NCBI GenBank assembly: GCA_015487695.1
Contig: WFPF01000103.1
Coordinates: 19,504 to 83,503, forward strand
Origin: Chitinophagales bacterium
GTDB taxonomy: Bacteria > Bacteroidota > Bacteroidia > Chitinophagales > S012-47
DNA length: 64,000 nt
Direction of reading: 5' to 3'
The notes below the pieces were generated by a model, which saw nothing but the letters and a program-made list of their open reading frames with translations, did not search any database and was not told where the DNA came from. How positions within the stretch are numbered: the stretch's first letter is position 1; every line of letters begins with the position of its first letter. The position numbers and the translations under genes were made by a program. Shown in pieces: positions 17,056 to 25,213 of this stretch.

Positions 17056-18278
17056 CAAAGAAAAAGATCATAGTACCAATCATACTCCTCTTCCTGGCTT
17101 TCCAGGCGGCCTCCTGCGATTTTCTTCTGGGTAAAAAACAGGATGAAACGGTGCATGAAATTTTCAAAGAGGGCGCCATTGATCCCCGCCTGAACCCTTC
17201 GGAAGTGGGGTATGTACCGATTTTGCCAATTTGGGATTTTTTCAGCCATCCCATAGATGTCTATGTCGGCTACGATGAGATGATTTACATCATAGACGAC
17301 AACGGACTGAATGTTATGGACCAGACAGGTGCGCTGCAAAAGACCATCGCCATACCGGGAGCCAGCGATGTGATCCAAGACAGGCGTCTGCACACCTATG
17401 TCATAGGACAGGTTGAAAAGGAAGTGAACGGAAGCATGCGCAAGCTTACTGCCATTTATCATCTGGTAAACACGGCCACCTCTGCCCCGGTACAGTTTCT
17501 TGATACCCTTATTCATCCGTTTGCTGATAAAAGCCGGCAGAATACCGCATTCAGGGGAGCGGATGACGAAGCCGTACGCTTTACGGGGCTGGCCACCAAC
17601 TCGGCCAATGTGCTTTACGTTACCCGCAGCGGCCCCCGCAATGACCTGGCATCCATTTCCCGGCCCGACAATGCCGTCCTCTTCTTTGACGAAAACGGAG
17701 AAAATATTGGGTATGCCAACGGCCTTAACCCCAAAACTTCGAGTTTGAAGTCGGTTCTCGATCCGAGTGGTATCGCCACTTTTGCCGCACCTCCGCAACG
17801 GATTTTCGGGGTGAACGAAAGCGAAGACTTCATCCTTTTGCAAAGCAAGGATAATGCAGTTTACAAGGCCTTGTGGATTCGAAAAGTAGAAGACCCTGCA
17901 GCCGGCATCGTGTATCTCGAAAATCCGGCCCTGATTGAGCAGGACACTGCGAAAGCCAGCCGCTTTCTTTACGAGCCCAATCGTTTCAAGCAGCCGGCCG
18001 ACATCTTCATTGCCCCCGATGCGACCGGCTATATTTTCATAGTCGACAGCGAACTCGATTCTCTTTTCCAGTTTACCCAGAGTGGTTACGAAGGGGTAAA
18101 TCCTCCGCCAACGGGCAACTTTACAAAGCAGATACCGGCTTCCTTCGGTGGCGAAGGCAGCGGGCCCTTTCAGTTTATCGATCCCTCAGGTGTCTGTTAT
18201 TTCAAAAAAACGGTTTATGTAGCCGACAAGGGGAACAATCGCATTCTTCGATTCAAACTGAGCACCGATATTGAATAG
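17052..18278 (+). CDS. Lipoprotein with C-terminal NHL-type repeat, function unknown
   Basis: The start overlaps the upstream stop (ATGA). The lipobox is LAFQAASC. The C-terminal sequence GPFQFIDPSGVCYFKKTVYVADKGNNRILRF is an NHL repeat. Confidence 0.6.
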   Translation: MTKKKIIVPIILLFLAFQAASCDFLLGKKQDETVHEIFKEGAIDPRLNPSEVGYVPILPIWDFFSHPIDVYVGYDEMIYIIDDNGLNVMDQTGALQKTIAIPGASDVIQDRRLHTYVIGQVEKEVNGSMRKLTAIYHLVNTATSAPVQFLDTLIHPFADKSRQNTAFRGADDEAVRFTGLATNSANVLYVTRSGPRNDLASISRPDNAVLFFDENGENIGYANGLNPKTSSLKSVLDPSGIATFAAPPQRIFGVNESEDFILLQSKDNAVYKALWIRKVEDPAAGIVYLENPALIEQDTAKASRFLYEPNRFKQPADIFIAPDATGYIFIVDSELDSLFQFTQSGYEGVNPPPTGNFTKQIPASFGGEGSGPFQFIDPSGVCYFKKTVYVADKGNNRILRFKLSTDIE

Positions 18279-18280
18279 CA

Positions 18281-18967
18281 TCAGTGATCTCTGTTGCGGG
18301 CAAAAGTAAATTTCTCCCTGTCAAGGTCGAAAGCACAAAGACGGCTCCCGGGCCGCCCGTAAACACAGCCTGCATCTATGTTGATGATTTCCGGCCGCTT
18401 AGCCATTTCCAGCTGTTTTTTTATCCGCTCCTTATCCCAGGGGGTGTGGCCGTGAACGATAGTGAGTCCTTTCAGTTTCTCGCTTTTCCCACGCATTTCC
18501 CGAATCCAGAGCATGGCCTCATTGTCTGAAAAAGGATCCTCGATACTCAGATTCAGTCCGGCATGCACCAGTACAAAATCCCTGTATTGCATGTGGAATT
18601 CGCTGCGAGAGATCAAGTTCAGGTATTTTTCGGGGATATCGGCCGGGGTCTCTACCCCAAAGCTCTTCAAGGTAGCAGCTCCGCCATAGCGTAGCAAATC
18701 ATCCATTTGCCCGCTTTCAGCGGCCTGCAGCAATATTTCTTCGTGGTTGCCGCGCAAGTAGCTAAGCTCAACACCTTCTTCTTCCAGGTGCATTATCATA
18801 TCCAGCACCGAGCGTGACTCGGGCCCCCGATTGATCATATCGCCCAAAAGAAAAAGCCGGTCGCCCGCCTGAATATCCAATTTCTCGAAAAGCAAAGCTG
18901 CGAATGTGGAAGCACACCCGTGCACATCAGAGATGGCAAATGCCGCAGGCTTCCTGCGCTTTTTCAT
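18281..18967 (-). CDS. Metallophosphoesterase (PPP-family Ser/Thr phosphatase / ApaH-like)
   Basis: It carries the calcineurin-like phosphoesterase motifs DVHGC, GDMINRGP, GNHE and VHGH. Confidence 0.85.
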   Translation of the reverse strand: MKKRRKPAAFAISDVHGCASTFAALLFEKLDIQAGDRLFLLGDMINRGPESRSVLDMIMHLEEEGVELSYLRGNHEEILLQAAESGQMDDLLRYGGAATLKSFGVETPADIPEKYLNLISRSEFHMQYRDFVLVHAGLNLSIEDPFSDNEAMLWIREMRGKSEKLKGLTIVHGHTPWDKERIKKQLEMAKRPEIINIDAGCVYGRPGSRLCAFDLDREKFTFARNRDH

Positions 18968-19434
18968 TTTTCTCCGGCCGGATTCTTAATCATGGGCAGG
19001 TCAAGCAGTTCTTTCTCTTCAGGGCTGACCTTAAAAAAGCCGAGAAATCCGCCCGAGGCTTCCGCCACATACCTGGCATAGCGTTTCAGGCTGTCGTAGA
19101 GTGCTTGGGAAAACTCCGGATCGAGTTTTTCAAAGAGTCCGTTTATCTTTTCGAGCTCTTTTTTAATGATGGGGTTGCGCAACGCAGCCATGGAAGGATA
19201 ATCCATGATCAGCGATTCCATATTCTCTTCAAAATGTTTATACACCAGTTCATAGTAGGGTATCAGCAGCGGATCACTTGTAATTCTTTTGTATTGCGCC
19301 CACTTTCTGGCCGATTCAATCTCCCGGTTGTCAATGTCGTCATCGACACCTGCAATGAGAATGGCAATCATCACGGGTACTTTCAGGAGATACTCTTGTT
19401 CTTCCCTGCTCAAATTTTTAAACGCTTCAATCAT
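18964..19434 (-). CDS. Hypothetical protein
   Basis: I trimmed the ORF to MIEAFKNLS (ATG at 19434) because an exact -7 box (TATATTTG) lies 17 nt upstream of that ATG. The stop overlaps the phosphoesterase start by 4 nt. I recognise no motif. Confidence 0.5.
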   Translation of the reverse strand: MIEAFKNLSREEQEYLLKVPVMIAILIAGVDDDIDNREIESARKWAQYKRITSDPLLIPYYELVYKHFEENMESLIMDYPSMAALRNPIIKKELEKINGLFEKLDPEFSQALYDSLKRYARYVAEASGGFLGFFKVSPEEKELLDLPMIKNPAGEK

Positions 19435-19451
19435 ATCCGCTTTCTTTCCTG

Positions 19452-19459
19452 CAAATATA
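19452..19459 (-). promoter_or_regulatory. -7 promoter box TATATTTG, 17 nt upstream of ATG 19434
   Basis: It is an exact TAnnTTTG match. It lies inside the longer track ORF and argues for the shorter start. Confidence 0.45.
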
Positions 19460-19568
19460 AGGCTGAGCGGGAAGGCTTTCCAAGTAAGGACGCATGCTTC
19501 TGAAAAAATATTCACTCATCAAATAGGGTGCGGAGTCGGTGCTGATCTTTGAATCAAAATAAAACGAC

Positions 19569-19901
19569 ATGAAAAATCAACGCACACTGATCCGCAAAGC
19601 TTCGCAAAGAGAAAAAGCCCAATCCATCTTTGACCTGGCCCTGGAGCACTATCGAGAAAAGCACATTTACCAAGCGCTGCAGACGGCACGCTATGCACTC
19701 CGGATTGCGCGAAGAAACAACGACTATATCAAAGCCTACATTCACGGCTTCATCGCGGCTATCAAGGCAGAGCTGGGCCAGAAGGAACTGGCAGCATACT
19801 ACTGTAGACAGGCTTTGCAATCCCTCTTCTCTTATCACCCGGCTTACCGCAGCGATAAGAAATATTATCAGGCACTGCTTCGCCACATCGAGCAGGGATA
19901 A
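19569..19901 (+). CDS. Hypothetical small helical protein
   Basis: This is a 110-aa ORF with helical, TPR-like composition. A strong bidirectional terminator hairpin follows it. I recognise no family. Confidence 0.4.
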   Translation: MKNQRTLIRKASQREKAQSIFDLALEHYREKHIYQALQTARYALRIARRNNDYIKAYIHGFIAAIKAELGQKELAAYYCRQALQSLFSYHPAYRSDKKYYQALLRHIEQG

Positions 19902-19940
19902 AAAAATGCGGCATCGCCCGGAGGCCATGCCGCATTTTAA
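19901..19940. terminator. Bidirectional rho-independent terminator between convergent genes
   Basis: A perfect 9-bp stem, ATGCGGCAT (19906-19914) with ATGCCGCAT (19927-19935), closes a 12-nt loop. An A-run lies 5' and a T-run lies 3', so the hairpin works on both strands. Confidence 0.8.
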
Positions 19941-19958
19941 TTTTATCAAAAAGTCGGA

Positions 19959-22775
19959 TCAGAACGTAATTCTGAATCCTGCATTCGCACTTCGCGGCAT
20001 ACCGAAGAAAACTTCCGCGTCATCCGCATCGTGATCTTTGTCAAATGCATTGTAACGGCTGTTGTCCGTTGCATCCTGGATGAATACATTGTTCAACAGG
20101 TTGAATACATGGGCAAAGACTTCGGCTTTAATTCCCTTCACGCCCAGCGGCAGTGAATAGCGGGTATGAAAGTCTACTACACCGTAGTTAGGCGCTTTCC
20201 AGCTTTGGGCACGGTCATTCTCATCGTCTCTGCTGAAGGGATCCCAGTTTGCATAGTTATTGGCATAGTAGCGATATACGAACTGCAGCATGAAGCCTTT
20301 GGCCGGATAGAAAGAAGGAGAAAGAGCCAGCTGGGTTTGCGGAGCATCCCCCACCTTCAGGTCTTTCACGTAATAATTGTAAGATTCCGTTACCAAAGAA
20401 TCATCTATATAAGTCGTATAGCTTCCTGAAACATCATTGGTCAGTTTCCAGTTTCCGAAGGATGCGGCAGCATCCAGTCGGAAAGAGTTACAAGGCTTCC
20501 AGGCCGTTTCAATCTCCAAACCGGAATGCTTGGAATTCATTCCGCGAATGTAAACCGCTCCTTCAGATCCGTCTTGCAAAGTAACCCCTCTTACCTGAGT
20601 TCGATCTTTCCAGGTGGTATTGTAATAGTTGATTTTAGTACTGAGCTTGCCATCTGCAAACTGTCCGTCCATGCCAATTTCGATTGAAGCAAATTTCTCA
20701 TTTTCAGGATTATCAAACACCTGGCCTGTCCGGTCATTAATGGCCCCATCAAAAATGGGTGTTTTCGACACATAGCCTGCATTGGCAAAGAAACTGATGG
20801 CGGTAGAAACTTTGTACATGACACCACCTTTGGCCTGATATCCGTTCAGGCTCGGGCTCTTGGCTACCAGCTCACCATTGGCATTTGCCTCCGTGTTGGG
20901 ATCTCCGTCATCGCGTGCATTGATGAAGTGGTTGGTATGTCCGTATTTGATGGTATTCCATCCCACCATTCCAAAGAGTGACAACTTTTCGGTGGTGTAC
21001 TGGGCCTGTGCATAAGCACCCAGCCAGTCTACCGTGTTGGTAAAGTTGTAGGCCACTCTGTCTCCCAGTCCTTTTTTCCATGACGCAGGATCTGTGTCAA
21101 AGTCATTGCCTTTGTATATGAAATACTGACCACCCAGCAAGTCTCTTACTTCACGGTAGTGCTCGATCTGGGCAGTACGCCAGTCAATTCCAATCACGGT
21201 TTTCAGATTATCACTGATGTCATAGTATAACTTGGAGATGGCTCCAATGGTGTACTGATTGTTTCGGCTGCTGCGCAGTATACCGATAGACTGGCCATCC
21301 TCTTTCGTGATGGCTTTTTTATCGACATAATAAGTACCGGAATCAGCCTGATTGACGGCAATGGTTGCATCCCAATCCCATGTCCACGGGGAAGGACCGT
21401 AGTAGAATTTGTAGTTGTCATCACCGAGATTGCCCAGGGCATCTCTTCTGTATACCGAGCCATATGTTCCGGCTCCGCCACCGCGTCCGCCACTCCAATA
21501 AGCAATAGTAGCCCATTGTGCTTTTTTGTTGAAGGTGTGGTACCAGTTGAGGTTAACCTGAGGTTTGTGGAAGAAGTTTTCTCTTTCCAGGATAAAGTTG
21601 GCACCTGAACGGCTTACACGATCATACTTTTGGTACATATCGTAGTATTGCTTGCCGCGATAAGTCGGGCTTACCGGGGCCCAGTTTTGGTTGAAGGAAC
21701 GACCCTGTTCTTTAAATTTATCAAGTGCGGCAGGGTCATAATCAGGCAGGCTTCTGGCAAACTCTTCGCTATAAGCAGCAATATTTTGCTTATACAGGTT
21801 TTGTCCGTGACGTTGCGGTGCACCTATGACAAAGAGTTCGAACCGATCCTTATCAGAAGCTTTGTAAGAAGCTCCGAAATAGTAGGCCCATGCATCGGTA
21901 TAGGTTCCTTCGTAAAAGCCGTCTCCGGTTTTTCTGACAAGTGTACCACTGAAGGCAAATTTGTCATTCACCAATCCTGAGTTCAGAGAAACAGTGGTTT
22001 TTTTGAATCCCCAGCTGCCGTACTCTGACTTTACAGAACCACCGCGTACTTGCGCGGCCGGGTCGGTAATGATGTTCAGCGTACCACCGATGGATGGGGT
22101 AGCCAGGTTGACGGAACTCAGTCCGCGCTGCAATTGGATAGAAGAAGTAGCATCGCCCACTCCGTCCCAGTTTGACCAGTAAACCCAGCCATTTTCCATG
22201 TCATTCACAGGGACCCCATTGATCATGATGGCCACATTTCTTTGGTTGAATCCACGCACGTTGATGCGGGCATCACCGGCACCCCCGCCCTGGGTAGTGG
22301 CATACACCGAAGGAGCCGTATTCAGCACCATCGGAAGGTCCTGGGAACCCAATCTTTCGGTCACTTCTTTTTTGCCCAGATTCGTAAATGCAAAAGGTGT
22401 TTCGCGGTCGGCACGGCTGGCAACAATCTCAAGTGTAGTCAGCTCAAGCGTTCCGGCTTCAAGCTCAAACGTCATATGAGGAGAAGCCGCTTTTGTCTGA
22501 GGTTTATACCCCACCATGGAGGCCGTGATTTTTGCATTTTGCGGTACATTTTCGAGGACAAACTCCCCGTCAATGTTGGTAGCGGTTCCCATCTGGGTAC
22601 CTTCCACCAGAATGTTTGCTCCCACCAGTGTTTCTCCGGTTTCGGCATCCATAACTACTCCGCTTACAGTAATCTGGGCATTGAGTGCAGTAGCAAAGAA
22701 CAGCAAAAGTGCTGTTGCCAGCAAGGCACTCAAAGTCCGTGGCCTGCGTCCTAATACAGGTAGACTTTTTTTCAT
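19959..22775 (-). CDS. TonB-dependent receptor with N-terminal carboxypeptidase-regulatory-like domain
   Basis: There is a signal peptide, then a CarboxypepD_reg-like segment (ITVSGVVMDAETGETLVGANILVEGTQMGTATNIDGEFVLENV). A plug domain follows (RINVRGFNQRNVAIMINGVPVND). The long barrel ends in ..ANAGFRITF. Confidence 0.9.
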   Translation of the reverse strand: MKKSLPVLGRRPRTLSALLATALLLFFATALNAQITVSGVVMDAETGETLVGANILVEGTQMGTATNIDGEFVLENVPQNAKITASMVGYKPQTKAASPHMTFELEAGTLELTTLEIVASRADRETPFAFTNLGKKEVTERLGSQDLPMVLNTAPSVYATTQGGGAGDARINVRGFNQRNVAIMINGVPVNDMENGWVYWSNWDGVGDATSSIQLQRGLSSVNLATPSIGGTLNIITDPAAQVRGGSVKSEYGSWGFKKTTVSLNSGLVNDKFAFSGTLVRKTGDGFYEGTYTDAWAYYFGASYKASDKDRFELFVIGAPQRHGQNLYKQNIAAYSEEFARSLPDYDPAALDKFKEQGRSFNQNWAPVSPTYRGKQYYDMYQKYDRVSRSGANFILERENFFHKPQVNLNWYHTFNKKAQWATIAYWSGGRGGGAGTYGSVYRRDALGNLGDDNYKFYYGPSPWTWDWDATIAVNQADSGTYYVDKKAITKEDGQSIGILRSSRNNQYTIGAISKLYYDISDNLKTVIGIDWRTAQIEHYREVRDLLGGQYFIYKGNDFDTDPASWKKGLGDRVAYNFTNTVDWLGAYAQAQYTTEKLSLFGMVGWNTIKYGHTNHFINARDDGDPNTEANANGELVAKSPSLNGYQAKGGVMYKVSTAISFFANAGYVSKTPIFDGAINDRTGQVFDNPENEKFASIEIGMDGQFADGKLSTKINYYNTTWKDRTQVRGVTLQDGSEGAVYIRGMNSKHSGLEIETAWKPCNSFRLDAAASFGNWKLTNDVSGSYTTYIDDSLVTESYNYYVKDLKVGDAPQTQLALSPSFYPAKGFMLQFVYRYYANNYANWDPFSRDDENDRAQSWKAPNYGVVDFHTRYSLPLGVKGIKAEVFAHVFNLLNNVFIQDATDNSRYNAFDKDHDADDAEVFFGMPRSANAGFRITF

Positions 22776-22820
22776 AGCAATATTGATTTAGTTAAAAAAA
22801 CAGGTTCGAAATTCTCGGTG

Positions 22821-22828
22821 CAAAAATA
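22821..22828 (-). promoter_or_regulatory. -7 promoter box TATTTTTG, 45 nt upstream of the TonB-dependent receptor ATG (22775)
   Basis: It is an exact TAnnTTTG match in the 285-bp divergent intergenic region. Confidence 0.5.
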
Positions 22829-22977
22829 CGGCTGCATGCCGAAAAGGAAGATCGTATGGCTTTGTAATTGTGTAATCAAAGCTTTGTTTTGCTTTTAAGT
22901 TTTCGTTAATTCTTTTGCTTCTGCCTCATCATACAACTCTTTATCGCCTGCCCCGGGGCAGCTCATAAAAGAAATTG

Positions 22978-22985
22978 TAATTTTG
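22978..22985 (+). promoter_or_regulatory. -7 promoter box TAATTTTG, 76 nt upstream of the TonB-like gene ATG (23062)
   Basis: It is an exact TAnnTTTG match. The palindrome CTGCCCCGGGGCAG (22948-22961) lies where a -33 element would be. Confidence 0.4.
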
Positions 22986-23061
22986 GGTGTATTGTGAAGG
23001 AAAACGGAAGCCTAAAATTAATATTTGCAGGCTAATTGCGAAAAGATAATTGAAAAGAAAA

Positions 23062-23472
23062 ATGTTTAAAAAGTTTGGCATCACATTCTTAGCACTGGCA
23101 CTCTTAAGCATGGCCTGTGGAGAAAAAAAGAATCAGATTTTCGGTGTGAATGATGTGGACGAAACGCCTGTGTTCCACGGTGATTTGGTTGAATTCATTC
23201 AGTCTCACCTCGAATATCCCGAATCGGCCCTTGCCGACAGCCTCGAAGGGCAGGTGCTGGTCCGCTTTGTAATCAACCGCGAGGGGCTTACCGAGCAATA
23301 TATAATCGAAGAAGGCCTGAGCCCCGATTGCGATTCGGCAGTTATCGGCATGCTTCGCCTCATGCCGCCCTGGGTACCCGGCAAAATCGATGGATTCCCC
23401 GTACCCGTACTGGTGGAACTGCCCGTGGCATTCTCGCTGCATGCCGGCCAGCGCAACTCAACTCAAAACTGA
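23062..23472 (+). CDS. Energy transducer TonB C-terminal domain protein
   Basis: ATG at 23062 (the track shows an alternative start at 23050). The TonB_C-like sequence is PVFHGDLVEFIQSHLEYPESALADSLEGQVLVRFVINREG...PGKIDGFPV. Confidence 0.7.
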   Translation: MFKKFGITFLALALLSMACGEKKNQIFGVNDVDETPVFHGDLVEFIQSHLEYPESALADSLEGQVLVRFVINREGLTEQYIIEEGLSPDCDSAVIGMLRLMPPWVPGKIDGFPVPVLVELPVAFSLHAGQRNSTQN

Positions 23473-23988
23473 CTCTATTGCTTGAATCATTTCCTCCGAG
23501 TCGGGTTTCACTTTCGGGGCAAAGACCCGGATGATCTTGCCGTTCCGGTCGATAAGGTACTTCTGAAAATTCCACTTCACATCGCGACCGCTTTCTTCGC
23601 GCAGATAGCGATAAAGCGGGTGTATTTTCTTCCCTTTTACATGGATTTTTGAAAAAACAGGAAATGTAACACCATAGTTCCTGCGGCAGAATTCAAGTAT
23701 TTCGGCATCGCTCCCGGGTTCCTGCTTCAGGAAATCATTGGCCGGAAATGCAAGCACAACGAGTCCCTGCTCACGATACTTCTCATACAGCTTCTGCAAT
23801 GCCTCGTACTGAGGTGTGTAACCGCATTTGCTGGCCACATTGACAATGAGGAGCACCTTGCCCCGGTATTCGGATAAGGAATGCGTGTCGCCATGGATAT
23901 CCGGCATTTTAAATTTATAGATACCTTCCTGAGCCGAAAGCAGGAAAGAGAGAAAAAACATGGAAATAATAACTGAGATCGTTTTCAT
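23458..23988 (-). CDS. gpx: Glutathione peroxidase (Cys type)
   Basis: It has the active-site motif LIVNVASKCGYTPQY and the WNFQKYLI motif. I trimmed it to MKTISVIISMFFLSFLLSAQ; the longest ORF starts at 24039. Its 3' end overlaps the convergent TonB-like gene by 15 nt. Confidence 0.88.
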   Translation of the reverse strand: MKTISVIISMFFLSFLLSAQEGIYKFKMPDIHGDTHSLSEYRGKVLLIVNVASKCGYTPQYEALQKLYEKYREQGLVVLAFPANDFLKQEPGSDAEILEFCRRNYGVTFPVFSKIHVKGKKIHPLYRYLREESGRDVKWNFQKYLIDRNGKIIRVFAPKVKPDSEEMIQAIESVLS

Positions 23989-24047
23989 GGAAAATATTTT
24001 ATCTTCAGACAGCCCCTTTTTCAAATTAATTAAAGGCATCGAAAGAT

Positions 24048-25175
24048 ATGAAAATTGCGCTCATTGAACCCTTCTTCGGGGGATCTCATCGCCAATGGGC
24101 CGAGGGACTTGTAAAATACAGCAGACATGAAATCACGCTTTTCACGCTGCCCGGCCGGCATTGGAAATGGCGCATGCACGGTGCTGCGGTGACACTGGCC
24201 GGGCGATTCCTCGAATCCTCCCTGCAACCCGACCTCATTCTCGCCAGCGATATGCTCGACCTGGGACTCTTCCTGGCACTGACCCGCGAGAAGAGCGCCT
24301 CGACCCCTGCTGCGCTCTACTTTCACGAAAACCAGCTCACCTACCCCTGGTCGCCTCAGGACCGCGATGTAAAGAATGCCCGTGATCACCACTATGCCTT
24401 CATTAATTACAGTTCGGCCCTGCTCGCCACCCGCGTTTTTTTCAACTCGCGCTATCACCGCGATAGTTTTTGCAGCGCCCTGCCCGGGTTTCTCCGGTCC
24501 TTTCCGCCACCCAACAACAAGGAGGGCATCGGCATCATCGAAAAGAAATCACGTGTGCTGCACCTGGGCATGGATCTGAAAAAATTTGACCCGCTAAAAA
24601 AAGAAAAAAGAGAACGGCCGAAAAGAGGGGTCATTCTCTGGAATCATCGCTGGGAATACGACAAAGCACCCGAATCCTTCTTTCGTGTTTTGAAAATGCT
24701 CAAAAAGAGAGGCATCGACTTTCATCTCGTTGTGCTCGGAAGCCAAAGCGAGAAATATCCGGCCATATTTGATGAAATCCGGAGCACCTTTGAGAAAGAA
24801 CTTTTGCATTGCGGATATGTCAGCAGCTTTCAGGAGTATGCCCGCTGGCTCTGCCTTTCAGATATTTTGCCGGTCACTTCCATTCAGGATTTCTTTGGAG
24901 GAAGTGTGGTGGAAGCCATGTATTGCAATGTCAAGCCGCTCCTGCCCGATCGCCTGGCATATCCCGAGCATGTGCCCGAACCACTGCATGCCAGCTTCTT
25001 TTACCGGGCAGATGACGAGCGCGAACTGGCCAACCTGATTCAGCAGCGCCTCTTTAGCATCCCACTTCTGAGAAAGCAAAAAACGGAGCAATTTGTGGCA
25101 CACTATGACTGGCAGAAAGTTATAGACCAATACGATTGCGCCCTGCAGGAAACGCTTTCGTCAAAGCCCGCATAA
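24048..25175 (+). CDS. DUF3524 + glycosyltransferase-1 protein, homologue of GTDC1/QTMAN (tRNA-queuosine alpha-mannosyltransferase family)
   Basis: These blocks align with my recollection of vertebrate GTDC1: IEPFFGGSHRQW, YFHENQLTYPW, ILWNHRWEYDKAPESFFRVL and FFGGSVVEAMYCNVKPLLPDRLAYPEHVP. Confidence 0.75.
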   Translation: MKIALIEPFFGGSHRQWAEGLVKYSRHEITLFTLPGRHWKWRMHGAAVTLAGRFLESSLQPDLILASDMLDLGLFLALTREKSASTPAALYFHENQLTYPWSPQDRDVKNARDHHYAFINYSSALLATRVFFNSRYHRDSFCSALPGFLRSFPPPNNKEGIGIIEKKSRVLHLGMDLKKFDPLKKEKRERPKRGVILWNHRWEYDKAPESFFRVLKMLKKRGIDFHLVVLGSQSEKYPAIFDEIRSTFEKELLHCGYVSSFQEYARWLCLSDILPVTSIQDFFGGSVVEAMYCNVKPLLPDRLAYPEHVPEPLHASFFYRADDERELANLIQQRLFSIPLLRKQKTEQFVAHYDWQKVIDQYDCALQETLSSKPA

Positions 25176-25213
25176 AGACCTCTCTTTCGTTCAGATTTTG
25201 TTTCGAATAATTG

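Noticed and set aside
22803-22815. A GGTTCGAAAT string resembles a tRNA T-arm/T-loop.
   Set aside because: I could not build an acceptor stem, D-arm or anticodon arm from the flanking 80 nt. The string sits in the 5' leader of the TonB-dependent receptor, between its -7 box and the ATG. I found no tRNA in any intergenic region longer than 70 bp.
23040-23056. GATAATTGAAAAG upstream of the TonB-like gene could be a Fur box.
   Set aside because: Only the GATAAT half-site resembles the enterobacterial Fur consensus. There is no dyad partner, and I do not know a validated Fur consensus for Bacteroidota to compare against.
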